Assembly: GCA_035508435.1 (NCBI GenBank)
Contig: DATJNA010000207.1
Coordinates: 11,837 to 75,836, forward strand
From: Acetobacteraceae bacterium
Lineage (GTDB): Bacteria > Pseudomonadota > Alphaproteobacteria > Acetobacterales > Acetobacteraceae
Direction of reading: 5' to 3'
Length of the DNA stretch: 64,000 nt
In this document: piece after piece, positions 39,914 to 50,608 of the stretch
Layout: each line of letters starts with the position of its first letter
How positions within the stretch are numbered: the stretch's first letter is position 1
Made by a program: the position numbers and the translations under genes
The notes under the pieces: model-generated
What the model was told of the DNA's origin: nothing
The model's input: the letters and a program-made list of their open reading frames with translations, nothing else
Databases searched by the model: none

Positions 39914-40870
39914 ATGCTTCGCCCGATTCTGTTGCTCCTGCCGTTGCTCGCGTTGGTTGGCTGCGGTGACCTTCCGGAACCGTTCCTTGGCAATCCTGGC
40001 CGTGTGGGCCGCATCCTGGCGCAGCCGCCGGCGCCGCGGCTGGCGGTGGCGCCGCCGGGCGACGCGCTCCTGCCCGACGCCGGCAGCAAGGCGCTGGCCG
40101 GCGACCTTGCCCAGGCGTTGCAAGCGCGGGCGGTTCCGGCGGTGGCCGCCGAGCCCGGCCAATCCGACTGGCGGCTGGTCGCGACCGCGGCCCTGCATGG
40201 CAATACGGTCGTTCCGACCTTCACCGTGGTGGACCCGTTCGGCAAGGATCGCGGCCACACCGAAGGGGCGCCCGTCCCGACCGCCGCCTGGGCCGCCGCC
40301 GGCTCCGGCACGTTGCAGCAGTCGGCGACCACCGCCGCCCCGCAGATTGCCGCCTTGCTCACCGCCATCCAGACCCAGCAGGAGATGGCGGACCCGAACA
40401 GTCTGTATCACCGCCGCGCCAAGGTGATGGTGGCGGACGTGACCGGCGCTCCCGGCGACGGTGACGAGTCGCTGACCAGGCAGATGCGCATGCGTCTGGG
40501 ATTGCTGGGGCCGCAGGTGCAGACCGCGTCGACCGGTGCCGATTTCACCGTGCAGGGCCAGGTGCGCGCGGTGGCCGTGCCCGGCAACAAGCAGCGCATC
40601 GAGATTCAGTGGATCATCAAGAACGCCAAGGGCCAGGACCTGGGCCGCGTGATCCAGCTCAACGAGATTCCCGCGGGAACCCTGGACCACTATTGGGGTG
40701 ACGTGGCGGTGGTGGTGGCGACCGAGGCCTCGGGCGGCGTGAACGATGTGATCAAGAAGCAGACGCCGCCGGCGGCCGAGCCACCGAGCGCACAAAACGC
40801 GGCGATTCGTGGACAGACCGGGACGCCGTTGCTAGAAGGCGCTGGTTCCGGCGTCGAACGCGTTCAATGA
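39914..40870 (+). CDS. hypothetical lipoprotein
   Basis: Signal peptide with lipobox [17 protein letters not shown]. The mature part is Ala/Pro-rich and matches no family I recognise. Its stop overlaps the track ORF of prs. Confidence 0.6.
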   Translation: MLRPILLLLPLLALVGCGDLPEPFLGNPGRVGRILAQPPAPRLAVAPPGDALLPDAGSKALAGDLAQALQARAVPAVAAEPGQSDWRLVATAALHGNTVVPTFTVVDPFGKDRGHTEGAPVPTAAWAAAGSGTLQQSATTAAPQIAALLTAIQTQQEMADPNSLYHRRAKVMVADVTGAPGDGDESLTRQMRMRLGLLGPQVQTASTGADFTVQGQVRAVAVPGNKQRIEIQWIIKNAKGQDLGRVIQLNEIPAGTLDHYWGDVAVVVATEASGGVNDVIKKQTPPAAEPPSAQNAAIRGQTGTPLLEGAGSGVERVQ

Positions 40871-40893
40871 CCTCCAGTCGGGGCTCCCCACGC

Positions 40894-41826
40894 ATGAAGA
40901 TCGTCGCCTGCAATGCCAACCGCCCGCTCGCCGAGGCGGTCGCAGCGCAGTTGAACCTGCCATTGACCAAGGCCTCCATCCGCCGGTTCGCGGATATGGA
41001 GGTGTTCGTCGAGATCCTGGAGAACGTACGCGGCGAAGACGTGTTCGTGGTGCAGCCCACCTCGTTTCCCGCCAACGACAATCTGATGGAACTGCTGATC
41101 ACGCTGGACGCGCTGCGCCGGTCTTCGGCGCGGCGGGTGACCGCCGTGGTGCCGTATTTCGGCTATGCGCGGCAGGATCGGAAGACCGCGTCGCGCTCAC
41201 CCATCAGCGCCAAGCTGGTGGCGAATTTGATCACCGAGGCAGGCGCCAACCGGGTGCTGACCATGGACCTGCATGCCGGGCAGATCCAGGGATTCTTCGA
41301 TATCCCGGTGGACAATCTGTCGGCTGCGCCGCTGTACAGCCGCGACATCCAGGAGCAATACGAGGGACGCGACATCATGATCGTGTCGCCGGATGTCGGC
41401 GGCGTGGTGCGGGCGCGCATGATCGCCACGCGGCTGAACTGCGATCTGGCAATCATCGACAAGCGGCGGGAACGCGCGGGCGTGTCCGAAGTGATGAACG
41501 TGATCGGCGACGTGGCGGGGCGCGACTGCATTTTGGTGGACGACATGGTGGATTCCGGCGGCACGCACTGCAATGCCGCCGATGCGCTGATGCGGCATGG
41601 GGCGCGCTCGGTCGGTGCCTATGTGACGCATGGCGTGTTGTCAGGCGGCGCGGTGGCGCGGATCACGTCCTCGCCGATCGAGATGATGACCATCACGGAT
41701 TCGATCCTGGCGACCGAGGCGGTGAAGCAGGCGCATAACATCCGCGAACTGACGATTGCGCCGCTGCTGGCGGAGGCGATGCGGCGGATCAGCGAGGAGA
41801 GTTCGGTCAGTTCATTGTTCGATTAG
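40894..41826 (+). CDS. prs: ribose-phosphate pyrophosphokinase
   Basis: 310 aa. [34 protein letters not shown], and the PRPP-binding loop [10 protein letters not shown]. Confidence 0.95.
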   Translation: MKIVACNANRPLAEAVAAQLNLPLTKASIRRFADMEVFVEILENVRGEDVFVVQPTSFPANDNLMELLITLDALRRSSARRVTAVVPYFGYARQDRKTASRSPISAKLVANLITEAGANRVLTMDLHAGQIQGFFDIPVDNLSAAPLYSRDIQEQYEGRDIMIVSPDVGGVVRARMIATRLNCDLAIIDKRRERAGVSEVMNVIGDVAGRDCILVDDMVDSGGTHCNAADALMRHGARSVGAYVTHGVLSGGAVARITSSPIEMMTITDSILATEAVKQAHNIRELTIAPLLAEAMRRISEESSVSSLFD

Positions 41827-42327
41827 AGCCGCAGTCTTGCACCACACCGCCATGGCAAGCAGCGCGATCCTGCATCGTTGACCGGCCGGGGATGACCTCG
41901 AAGCTGGTTTTGCGGCCTGCCAATTTCGGACCTGGCCAGCATCGAAACCGGTCACGCCGCGGTCTTCCCGGGTAGCCGGCATGGCCCGGTCCGCCGGCGG
42001 CCATCGATAACGGACGAGCGCCTCCGGCGAGCCAGGCCTCCACGCACGCTGCCACCCGCGGCGTAAGGCTGCGTCGCGCGGCGAAACTTGCCTTCGCGAC
42101 GGTGCGCACTGCGGCGTGGCATCGCCGTGCGCAGCCTCGCAGAGAGCACCCCGCCTGACAGACGATCACACTACGGAAGAATGTATTTCATCTACCGGGG
42201 AGGTGCACGCCCGTCGACCGCCATTACTTTGTAGCTGGGCGACTGCTGCGTCAGACAAGGCAGGGGTCCGCGGCGTCAGAGACGCCGGTCGTCCGGGGGG
42301 AAATACGGTGGGAATTCGAGGCACAAG

Positions 42328-43836
42328 ATGGCTGAACTGAGCTCGGCGTCGGGTTCGCCCATCCTCGAATTGCATGGAATCAGCAAAACCTTTCACGGCG
42401 TGAAAGTCCTGGATCAGGTCGGTCTCAGGATTCTCCCAGGCGAGGTGATGGCACTTCTCGGAGAGAATGGCGCCGGCAAGTCGACGCTGATGAAAATTGT
42501 GAGTGGCATTACCGAGGCCGACGCGGGCGGCACGATTCGCCTGGGCGGAACCGAGGTTCGGTTCACCAATCCTCGCCAGTCGGTGGCGGCCGGCATTTCC
42601 ATGATTCATCAGGATTTGAACCTCCTGCCTGGCCTGAGCGTGGCCGAGAACCTGTTTCTCGGCCGCGAGCCGTTGAACCGATTTGGGCTGATCGACTGGG
42701 CCATCCTTGATGCGCAGGCGCGCAAGCTGCTTGCCGTCGTGCACCAAAAGATCGACCCGACGACCCCAGTCCATCGTCTGGGTGTCGGACAGCAGCAGAT
42801 GGTCGAGATTGCTCGCGCCCTGTCGCTGAATGCCAGCCTGATCATCATGGATGAGCCTACCGATTCGCTGACCGACGTCGAAACGGATATCTTGTTCGAC
42901 GCGATCCGTCAGCTCCGCGCTCAGGGCAAGGGCGTCATCTATATCTCGCACCGGCTGAGCGAGATCTTCAGGATCTGCGACTCCGTCACCGTGCTGCGCA
43001 ACGGCCATACGGTTGCCGCCGAACCCGTGGCGGGCCTCGACGAGGCGACCCTGATCCATCACATGGTCGGCCGCGAGATCGGCGAACAATACCCGCATAA
43101 ACCTGCCGCCAACGGGCCCGTCGGACTGCGTGTCGATCACCTCTCGGCACCGGGGATCGAGGATATCTCGTTCGAAGTGCACAAGGGCGAAGTCGTCGGC
43201 TTCGCCGGTTTGATGGGTGCCGGCACCCCGCAGCTTGGCAGGACTTTGTATGGCGCGCTGGCCGCCCGATCAGGGTCGATCGAAGTCGATGGGCAAAGAT
43301 TGTCGTTGCGCACCCCGGCAGAGGGAGTGCGCGCCGGGATCGCCTATGTCCCCGAGGATCGCAAATCCGAGGGCCTGATCCAGATCCATTCCGTGCTGAG
43401 GAACATGACGCTCACCGGGCTGGCGCGTTTCGCCGCGCTGCTTGGTTTCATCGTCCATCGCCGGGAACGAGACACCGTGGATCACTATATCAAGACGTTC
43501 AGTATCCGCACCCCGGGTGCGGACGCGGTGGTTGCGACCCTGAGCGGCGGCAATCAACAAAAGGTGGCGCTGGCAAAGGCGCTGATAACCAAGCCGAGGA
43601 TACTCATCCTGGATGAACCGACCCGCGGCGTCGATGTTGGCGTTCGCCGCGAAATATACAGCCTCATCAGCGATCTCAAGGCCGAGGGCCTCGTGATCCT
43701 GTTCATTTCGTCGGACCTGCGCGAGTTGCTTGGCATCGCGGACCGGATCCTCGTCCTGTCACGCGGTCGCCTGTCCGGGGTGTTCAATCAAGGCGAGGCG
43801 ACCCAGGACGCAATCATGCAGCGTGCGGTGGCTTAG
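42328..43836 (+). CDS. rbsA: sugar (ribose-type) ABC transporter ATP-binding protein
   Basis: 502 aa with two NBDs. Walker A GENGAGKST; a degenerate second P-loop; signatures LGVGQQQMVE and LSGGNQQKV. Confidence 0.9.
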   Translation: MAELSSASGSPILELHGISKTFHGVKVLDQVGLRILPGEVMALLGENGAGKSTLMKIVSGITEADAGGTIRLGGTEVRFTNPRQSVAAGISMIHQDLNLLPGLSVAENLFLGREPLNRFGLIDWAILDAQARKLLAVVHQKIDPTTPVHRLGVGQQQMVEIARALSLNASLIIMDEPTDSLTDVETDILFDAIRQLRAQGKGVIYISHRLSEIFRICDSVTVLRNGHTVAAEPVAGLDEATLIHHMVGREIGEQYPHKPAANGPVGLRVDHLSAPGIEDISFEVHKGEVVGFAGLMGAGTPQLGRTLYGALAARSGSIEVDGQRLSLRTPAEGVRAGIAYVPEDRKSEGLIQIHSVLRNMTLTGLARFAALLGFIVHRRERDTVDHYIKTFSIRTPGADAVVATLSGGNQQKVALAKALITKPRILILDEPTRGVDVGVRREIYSLISDLKAEGLVILFISSDLRELLGIADRILVLSRGRLSGVFNQGEATQDAIMQRAVA

Positions 43837-43849
43837 GAGATCCCGGCAA

Positions 43850-44794
43850 ATGCACCCACTGCTACGCCTGCTGTCAAAAAACAAGTCACTGATCGGATTG
43901 ATCGTCCTGGTCGCGGCCATCTCCGTCGCCAGCCCGAACTTCCTCGACATTGGGAATTTGCTCAACGTACTGCGGCAAACCTCGATCAACGCGGTCATTG
44001 CCATGGGCATGACGTTTGTCATTCTCACCGCGGGCATCGATCTTTCCGTCGGCGCCATCCTTGCACTGTGCGGCGCGTTCGCGGCGAGCCTGATCGCAGC
44101 CGGACACGGACTCGGCAGCACAATTCCGATCGTCCTGCTGTGCGGGATCGCGCTGGGCAGCCTGTCCGGACTGGTGATCACCTATGGTGCCGTGCAACCG
44201 TTCATCGCCACATTGGTCAGCATGACCATTTTACGCGGCGTGGTGCTTGTCTACAGCGGCGGCAGGCCGATCGACGCAAGCAGTGCCGCCGCTTCCGATG
44301 CCTTCGGCAGCCTCGGCGAAGGCTATCTTATTGGCATACCGATCCCCGTCGTCGTCGCCGCAATCGCCTTTGCCGGATGCTGGGTGGTTCTTACCCAGAC
44401 ACGCTTCGGCCGCTACGTCTATGCCATCGGCGGCAATGAAAGCGTCGCGCGGCTCTCGGGCGTCAATGTCGCATTGATCACGATCAGCGTGTACGCTGTA
44501 TCCGGGCTGCTTTCCGCCGTCGCCGGAATTATCCTGACCGCACGACTCGAAAGCGCCCAACCGACCGCCGGAACCGGCTACGAGCTCGATGCCATTGCCG
44601 CTGTCGTCGTCGGCGGCACGAGCCTTGCGGGCGGGATCGGCAGCATGTCAGGCACATTGCTCGGCGCGCTCATCATCGGCGTGCTGAACAATGCGCTCAA
44701 TCTGTTGGACGTGTCGTCATATTATCAGGCGATTGCCAAAGGATCGGTGATTTTACTCGCCGTGCTCGTTGATCGGCGCGGCAAGCTTGGATAA
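43850..44794 (+). CDS. rbsC: ribose-type ABC transporter permease
   Basis: A 314-aa polytopic protein of the RbsC/AraH family (TAGIDLSVGAI, GGTSLAGGIGS). Confidence 0.9.
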   Translation: MHPLLRLLSKNKSLIGLIVLVAAISVASPNFLDIGNLLNVLRQTSINAVIAMGMTFVILTAGIDLSVGAILALCGAFAASLIAAGHGLGSTIPIVLLCGIALGSLSGLVITYGAVQPFIATLVSMTILRGVVLVYSGGRPIDASSAAASDAFGSLGEGYLIGIPIPVVVAAIAFAGCWVVLTQTRFGRYVYAIGGNESVARLSGVNVALITISVYAVSGLLSAVAGIILTARLESAQPTAGTGYELDAIAAVVVGGTSLAGGIGSMSGTLLGALIIGVLNNALNLLDVSSYYQAIAKGSVILLAVLVDRRGKLG

Positions 44795-44849
44795 CGGCCA
44801 ATGCACGCCGCATTCGCGGAAGCACTGCGTTCAGGAAAGGAGAGTTGCC

Positions 44850-45776
44850 ATGAGCCGGAAACTGGTTCCGTTGATCGCCATTGTCGGGCTGCTCTGCGCG
44901 GCGACAGGCGTGGCGCGAGCGGCGGACAAGATCGCGCTTGTCGTCTCGACGCTCGACAATCCATTCTTCGTTACCCTGGCCGATGGCGCCAAGGCGAAGG
45001 CCAAGGCACTGGGGCTGGATCTGGTCGTCGTCGATAGCGAGAACGATCCGGCGAAAGAATTGTCTAACGTCGAGGACGTCCTCGATCAGAACGTCAAAGT
45101 GCTGTTGCTCAATCCGGTCGATTCCGACGCTGCCAGGGCGGCGGTCCGCGCGGCGAACATCGGCAAGGTACCCGTCATTACGCTCGATCGGGCGGCCAAA
45201 GGGGCAAAGGTCATCTGCCATATCGCCTCCGACAATGTGGGAGGCGGTAAGCTCGCCGGCGAGCTGATCGTCAAGCGACTTGGCGGCCATGGCAATGTCG
45301 CCGAACTCGAAGGCCAGCCAGGCACGGACGCGGCGCGCGATCGCAGCAATGGGTTCCGCGAGGCGATAGCCGGATCGCCCGGAATCAAGCTCGTGGCCAG
45401 TCAGCCAGCAAATTTCGATCGCACCCAGGGCCTGAACGTCATGGAAAACATCCTTCAGGCGCACCCTGATATCGACGCCGTCTTTGCGGCCAATGACGAG
45501 ATGGCGTTGGGTGCTACCAAGGCGATACAGGCCGGAGGGCGCAAGATCGCCGTGGTGGGCTTCGACGGAACCAGAGACGGCATCGCGGCTGTCAAGAATG
45601 GATCGATGTACGCGACGATTGCTCAGCAGCCGGCACTCATTGGCAGCCTCGGGGTCGAACAAGCGAGCAATGTGATAAGCGGCCACCAGGTACCGGCCAG
45701 CATTCCCGTTCCGTTGAAAGTGATTACCAATGGAGCGGCAACAGTGCATGATCGGGATCAGGCTTCGACACATTAG
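44850..45776 (+). CDS. rbsB: ribose-type ABC transporter substrate-binding protein
   Basis: Signal peptide ending ARAADK, then IALVVSTLDNPFF, typical of RbsB-like periplasmic binding proteins. AGGAAAGGAGAG lies upstream. Confidence 0.9.
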   Translation: MSRKLVPLIAIVGLLCAATGVARAADKIALVVSTLDNPFFVTLADGAKAKAKALGLDLVVVDSENDPAKELSNVEDVLDQNVKVLLLNPVDSDAARAAVRAANIGKVPVITLDRAAKGAKVICHIASDNVGGGKLAGELIVKRLGGHGNVAELEGQPGTDAARDRSNGFREAIAGSPGIKLVASQPANFDRTQGLNVMENILQAHPDIDAVFAANDEMALGATKAIQAGGRKIAVVGFDGTRDGIAAVKNGSMYATIAQQPALIGSLGVEQASNVISGHQVPASIPVPLKVITNGAATVHDRDQASTH

Positions 45777-45851
45777 CCTGCCATTCACAGGACACGCACA
45801 GCACACCATCCCTCGATACGAGGGCAAGACTGATAAGGTGGAGGTACGTCC

Positions 45852-46040
45852 ATGGCTGACCCATCGCAGCGGCAACTTGCCGTCTTCGGGAGCGTCAACG
45901 TCGATTTTTCCGGTCTTGCCAGCCATCTTGCGAAAGCCGGAGAGACGCTGCGAGGGATGCGATATCGCATTGGGTGCAGGGATCAGGTGACCGAGCGGGC
46001 GGGCGCGGCCGCGCGCGTGCAGGTCTTCGCGCATTGGCTC
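45852..46040 (+). pseudogene. ribokinase N-terminal remnant (about 60 codons, degraded)
   Basis: The translation QLAVFGSVNVDFSGLASHLAKAGETLRG mirrors the ribokinase N-terminus (compare the intact copy at 47569: IAVVGSSNADLVTYITRMPARGETLEA), after which similarity decays. It is read in frame into the porin track ORF. Confidence 0.4.
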
Positions 46041-46118
46041 GATCGCGCCGGCATGGCTGCCGTTGCCCCAATGCTACGCACGGGCCTCAGTGCACCTGGT
46101 GTCTGGCAGGATCATCTG

Positions 46119-47513
46119 GTGCGTATTTTGACCAGGGCCGCGCCGACAAGGATCGCCGCTTTTGCCGTCGCGGCAATGCTGCTGGCCGCGCCCGCCGTCG
46201 CACAGCAAGCCAGCAGCCCCGGCGTCACGCCGAGCCTCGAGGCATCGACACCGAAAGTCGCACCCCCGGACCCGACAGCGGACAACCATTTGTTCGGCGA
46301 CTGGGGAGGCATGCGCAGCTATCTCAACAATCTTGGCATCGACTTCAACCTCGACTACGTGACCGAGACCGCCGGCAACGTCACCGGCGGATTGCGGAAG
46401 GGGGTCGACTACGCCGACCAGTTCGGCTTTCAGCTCGACATCGATTGGGAGAAGTTAGCCGGAATCACCGGCTTCTCGACCCACCTCAACATCGTCCACC
46501 GCGACGGCCGCAACCTCAGCAGCGACTACATCGGCGACAACGTCATTCAGGCGCAGGAAATCTACGGCGCCGGGTTCGGCACGGCGCTGCGCGATGTATG
46601 GCTCTATGGGGAAGAAAAGGCATTCAACGACCGCCTGGACTTCGTGTTCGGCCGCGTGTTTCCCGGCATGGATTTCGCCGCCTCGCCGCTGTACTGCCAT
46701 TTCATGACCCTGACGATCTGCGGCCATCCGCGCGCATTGACCCAGGAGCAAGGCTTCATCGACTGGCCGCTGAGCACCTGGGGCGGCCGGCTCAAGGCAC
46801 GTCCAACGACCGACACGTACGTGATGTTCGGCGTCTATGCATCCGAGCCGTTCCCTGCCGGCGGGCCGACCGGCTGGAACTGGTCCACGAACGTGGTCAC
46901 CGGTGCCTACTACGCCATGGAACTCGGATGGGAGCCGGTGTTCGGCCCCTCGCAGCTTTCGGGCCACTATAAGATCGGCTTCGCTTACGACACCAGCGCC
47001 TTTCCCGACAACCTGGCGGACACCAACGGTCAACCGTTCGTGCTGACCGGACTGCCGCCGCGGATGCAACACGGACGCGGACAGTTCTGGGTCACCTTCG
47101 ACCAGATGCTGCTGCGCACCGGGCCGGGGCCGAACGAAGGCCTGACCGTGCTCGCGGCCTACGCGCACGACGACGGCGACAACTCGCTCTACCAGCACTT
47201 CGTCTGGGCAGGCCTGCTGTATTCCGGCTTCTGGCGGGACCGCCCGCACGATCAGATCGGCCTTGGGATCACGTACTACAAGATCGCGCCGAGCCTGACG
47301 CAGACCGAGACGCTGGAGCAGGAGTTCGATCTGGCGCCAACCTATGCCTACGGCGTGCAGACGCACGCGACGGTTTTCGAACTCAACTACCAGCTTCCTG
47401 TCTACCGCGGCGTGACGCTGCAGCCGGAAATGGAATACTTCCTGCGCCCGGGCGGCGTTTCCAGGGTGCCGAGCGCATTCGTGCTCGGGTTGAAGACGCA
47501 TGTGGTGTTCTGA
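46119..47513 (+). CDS. carbohydrate-selective porin, OprB family
   Basis: GDWGGMRSYLNNLGIDFNLDYVTETAGNVTGGL is typical of OprB porins, with a C-terminal beta-signal ending VVF. I prefer GTG 46119, which gives the signal peptide VRILTRAAPTRIAAFAVAAMLLAAPAVAQQ. Alternative ATGs are at 46053 and 46071. Confidence 0.85.
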   Translation: MRILTRAAPTRIAAFAVAAMLLAAPAVAQQASSPGVTPSLEASTPKVAPPDPTADNHLFGDWGGMRSYLNNLGIDFNLDYVTETAGNVTGGLRKGVDYADQFGFQLDIDWEKLAGITGFSTHLNIVHRDGRNLSSDYIGDNVIQAQEIYGAGFGTALRDVWLYGEEKAFNDRLDFVFGRVFPGMDFAASPLYCHFMTLTICGHPRALTQEQGFIDWPLSTWGGRLKARPTTDTYVMFGVYASEPFPAGGPTGWNWSTNVVTGAYYAMELGWEPVFGPSQLSGHYKIGFAYDTSAFPDNLADTNGQPFVLTGLPPRMQHGRGQFWVTFDQMLLRTGPGPNEGLTVLAAYAHDDGDNSLYQHFVWAGLLYSGFWRDRPHDQIGLGITYYKIAPSLTQTETLEQEFDLAPTYAYGVQTHATVFELNYQLPVYRGVTLQPEMEYFLRPGGVSRVPSAFVLGLKTHVVF

Positions 47514-47568
47514 CAGCATCGTCGCGGCCACGGCCAGGCTGGACGAGACAATCCGGAGCGTTTGAATC

Positions 47569-48504
47569 ATGGCGCGCATCGCGGTCGTCGGCAGCAGCAA
47601 CGCCGATCTCGTCACCTACATCACGCGGATGCCGGCGCGCGGCGAGACCCTCGAGGCTCCACGGTTCGAGATGGGGCCGGGCGGCAAGGGGGCCAACCAG
47701 GCCGTGGCGGCCGCGCGGCTCGGCAGCGAAGTGCTGATGGTCGGTCAGGTCGGCAATGACATGTTCGGCCGCGACCTGTTGGCCAACTTCAAGGCGCAAG
47801 GCGTCGATACCCGCCATGTCGGCGTCGCCGACAGCGTCTCCACCGGAATCGCAACGATCCTGGTCGAGCCATCCGGCGAAAATTCGATCCTGATTGTCAA
47901 GGGCGCCAACAACCACGTGCTGCCGCCGCACATCGATGCGGCGGCGGCGGACCTGCTGGCCTGCGAGTTGATCCTGCTGCAACTCGAAGTGCCGTTGCCG
48001 ACGATCTATCACACCGTGGCGCTGGCGACACGGCACGGCCGCCGCGTGATCCTCAATCCCGCGCCGGCCACGCTCGATCTCGATCTGGCGCAACTACAGG
48101 ACGTTGCGTTTCTCATGCCCAATCGCGGCGAGCTGTCGCTGTTGACCGGAATGCCGACCGACTCGCTCGCCGAGATCGAGGCCGCATCGCAGAAACTGCG
48201 GGACGGTGGCATCCGCGCGGTGATCACGACCCTGGGGCACGACGGCGCGTTGCTGGTGGCGCCCGATGAGGTCGCGCACGTCCCGAGCGTGCCGGTCGCG
48301 GCCGTCGACACGACGGGCGCAGGCGATGCGTTCATCGGCAGCTTTGCGCATTGCCTCGCCGACGGAGCCCCGGTGAAGCAGGCTCTGCACTCGGCGGTGC
48401 GCTACGCCGCGCTCTCGGTCACCGCGCGCGGCGCGCAGCGATCCTACGGCGACGCTGCGGCGTTTCGGGCGTTCTGCGCGACGCTACCCGGAGGCGTGCC
48501 ATGA
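47569..48504 (+). CDS. rbsK: ribokinase
   Basis: 311 aa. GGKGANQAVAAARLG and the anion-hole motif DTTGAGDAFIGSF. Confidence 0.92.
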   Translation: MARIAVVGSSNADLVTYITRMPARGETLEAPRFEMGPGGKGANQAVAAARLGSEVLMVGQVGNDMFGRDLLANFKAQGVDTRHVGVADSVSTGIATILVEPSGENSILIVKGANNHVLPPHIDAAAADLLACELILLQLEVPLPTIYHTVALATRHGRRVILNPAPATLDLDLAQLQDVAFLMPNRGELSLLTGMPTDSLAEIEAASQKLRDGGIRAVITTLGHDGALLVAPDEVAHVPSVPVAAVDTTGAGDAFIGSFAHCLADGAPVKQALHSAVRYAALSVTARGAQRSYGDAAAFRAFCATLPGGVP

Positions 48505-48595
48505 CGGACAGTATGCTCACAAGTTGAGGGTGTTGCGCGCCGGCCCGATCACCCTCACCCTGCCTCGCCCGCTGCCGCGGGAGAGGGAGAAGTTG

Positions 48596-49951
48596 ATGCG
48601 CCAGATGACTCTTGTCGGCTTCTTGCAGGCCCAGAACTGCACCAATTTCGTCGGTTCCTGGCGCCATCCGGAAGCCGCCCCCGATTTCATGTCCGCCGAT
48701 TATTACCGCCGCGTCGGCCGCGCACTGGAAGCGGGAAAATTCCATCTCGGCTTCTTCGACGACCGTCTCGCCATGCCGGACCGTTACGGCGGCGACCACG
48801 CCCACACCGTCGCCAACGGCATCCGCTGCGTGAAAATGGACCCGGTCACCATCCTCACCGTGATGGGGATGGCGACCGAAAAGCTCGGCCTCGGGTCAAC
48901 CTACACCACCAGCTATTACGAACCCTTCCACGTCGCCCGCGTGTTCGCGACGCTGGACCTGATGAGCAATGGCCGCGCCGCCTGGAACGTGGTCACGTCG
49001 ATGAACGACGGCGAAGCGCTGAACATGGGCCAGCCCTCGCATGGCGACCACGACGGCCGCTACGACCGCGCCGACGAGTTCATGGAAGTCGTGCTCGGGC
49101 ACTGGGATGCCTGGGACGACGACGCCATCGTCTGCGACAAGACCACCGGCTTGTTCGCCCATCCCGACAAGGTGCGGCGCCTGGACTACGGGGGAAGATT
49201 CTTCCGCTCACGCGGGCCGTTCACCGTACCGCGCTCGGCGCAAGGCCATCCGGTGATCATCCAGGCCGGCCAAAGCGGCCGCGGCCGCCGCTTTGCCGCG
49301 CGATGGGCGGAACTGGTGTTCGTCAACTACCACAATTTGGCAGCCGCCAGGCAAGACTACGCCGCCTTCAAGACCCAGATCGCCGAGGCGGGACGCGATC
49401 CCGACAAGGTGCATGTCGCCGCCGGCACCTATTACGTCGTTGCGCCGACCCGCTCCGAGGCGGAAGACAAGGTGGCGCTGATCGACAGGCTGCCCAAGGA
49501 AATCGACCAGCTTTCGCTGTTGTGCGAAGTGCTGAACGTCGATCTGTCGCAGAAGCCGCTGGACGAACCCTGGACCGAGGATGAGATCCAGACCTGGACC
49601 GGCGCACAGGGCCTGCGCGATCGCATCTATCGTGTGCTGGGCAAGCGCAATCCGACCACCCGCGACTTCATGGAGGTGTCGCAGCGCGGCACCTTCCGCG
49701 ACCATCCGCGCTTCGTCGGCAGCCCGAAGGATGTCGCGGACGGGATGGAGGAATGGTTCGCCGGCCGCGCCTGCGACGGGTTCGTGGTGGCGGCTTCGCA
49801 TGTGCCGGGCACCTATGAGGATTTCGCCCGCCTGATCACGCCGGAGCTGCAACGCCGCGGCCTGCTGCAGCAGGACTATCGCGGCACCACGCTGCGGCAG
49901 AATCTCGGCCTCGACCGGCCGGCGATCGGTGACTGGCGGCGGGCGCGGTAA
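48596..49951 (+). CDS. NtaA/SnaA/DszA-family FMN-dependent (LLM class) monooxygenase
   Basis: 451 aa. The N-terminal MTLVGFLQAQNCTNFVGSWRHPE and the TYTTSYYEPFHVARVFATLDLMSNGRAAWNVVTS segment are typical of this family. GAGAGGGAGAAG lies upstream. Confidence 0.88.
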   Translation: MRQMTLVGFLQAQNCTNFVGSWRHPEAAPDFMSADYYRRVGRALEAGKFHLGFFDDRLAMPDRYGGDHAHTVANGIRCVKMDPVTILTVMGMATEKLGLGSTYTTSYYEPFHVARVFATLDLMSNGRAAWNVVTSMNDGEALNMGQPSHGDHDGRYDRADEFMEVVLGHWDAWDDDAIVCDKTTGLFAHPDKVRRLDYGGRFFRSRGPFTVPRSAQGHPVIIQAGQSGRGRRFAARWAELVFVNYHNLAAARQDYAAFKTQIAEAGRDPDKVHVAAGTYYVVAPTRSEAEDKVALIDRLPKEIDQLSLLCEVLNVDLSQKPLDEPWTEDEIQTWTGAQGLRDRIYRVLGKRNPTTRDFMEVSQRGTFRDHPRFVGSPKDVADGMEEWFAGRACDGFVVAASHVPGTYEDFARLITPELQRRGLLQQDYRGTTLRQNLGLDRPAIGDWRRAR

Positions 49952-50006
49952 CAGTGCCCAATCGGTCGTACCCGCAGGCGTCGCTGGGCGACCCGCCGAG
50001 AGAGCA

Positions 50007-50453
50007 ATGATGCGCAAGACGCTGCTGCGTGTGATGGGCGGGCTGAACACCTGGATCTACCGCAGCAGCAAAGGGCGGCTGTTGGGGCGGTTCCCGTCGG
50101 GAGCGCCGGTGTGCCTGCTGACCACCATCGGCCGGCGCTCGGGCCAGCCGCGTACCGTGCCATTGCTGTATTTGCAGGATGGCGCGGATTACGTCGTGGT
50201 AGCCTCGCAGGGCGGCGCACCGGAGCATCCGGGCTGGTTCCATAATTTGCAAGTGCAGCCGCGCGCGGAGATCGAACTGGGTACCCGGCGTCTGGCGGTC
50301 ATCGCGCAGCAGGTCAGCGAAGCGGAACGCAACGCGCTCTGGCCCCGGTTGGTGGCGATCTATCCGCCCTACGAGACCTACCAGCGCCGCACCACGCGTC
50401 GCATCCCGGTCCTGCGGCTGACGCCCGTCCCGGTTGGAAACGCCACGCCTTGA
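50007..50453 (+). CDS. DUF385 / Ddn-like nitroreductase-family (deazaflavin-dependent-type, split beta-barrel) protein
   Basis: 149 aa. The pattern LLTTIGRRSGQPRTVPLLY...VVVASQGGAPEHPGWFHNL...LWPRLVAIYPPYETYQ matches the family. Confidence 0.8.
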   Translation: MMRKTLLRVMGGLNTWIYRSSKGRLLGRFPSGAPVCLLTTIGRRSGQPRTVPLLYLQDGADYVVVASQGGAPEHPGWFHNLQVQPRAEIELGTRRLAVIAQQVSEAERNALWPRLVAIYPPYETYQRRTTRRIPVLRLTPVPVGNATP

Positions 50454-50608
50454 AGCGCTTCTCACGCTCCCTGCCACCAATCATGTCTGGCGTGACGGCC
50501 GGCAAGCGGCCGGCCATGTGGCACCGGCACTGGCGCTGCCGGGGCAGCGCTACCGAATGCCGTGACAGCGCTGCCCGACACCAAGGCAGTCAGGCAGAAC
50601 CGGGCCTG

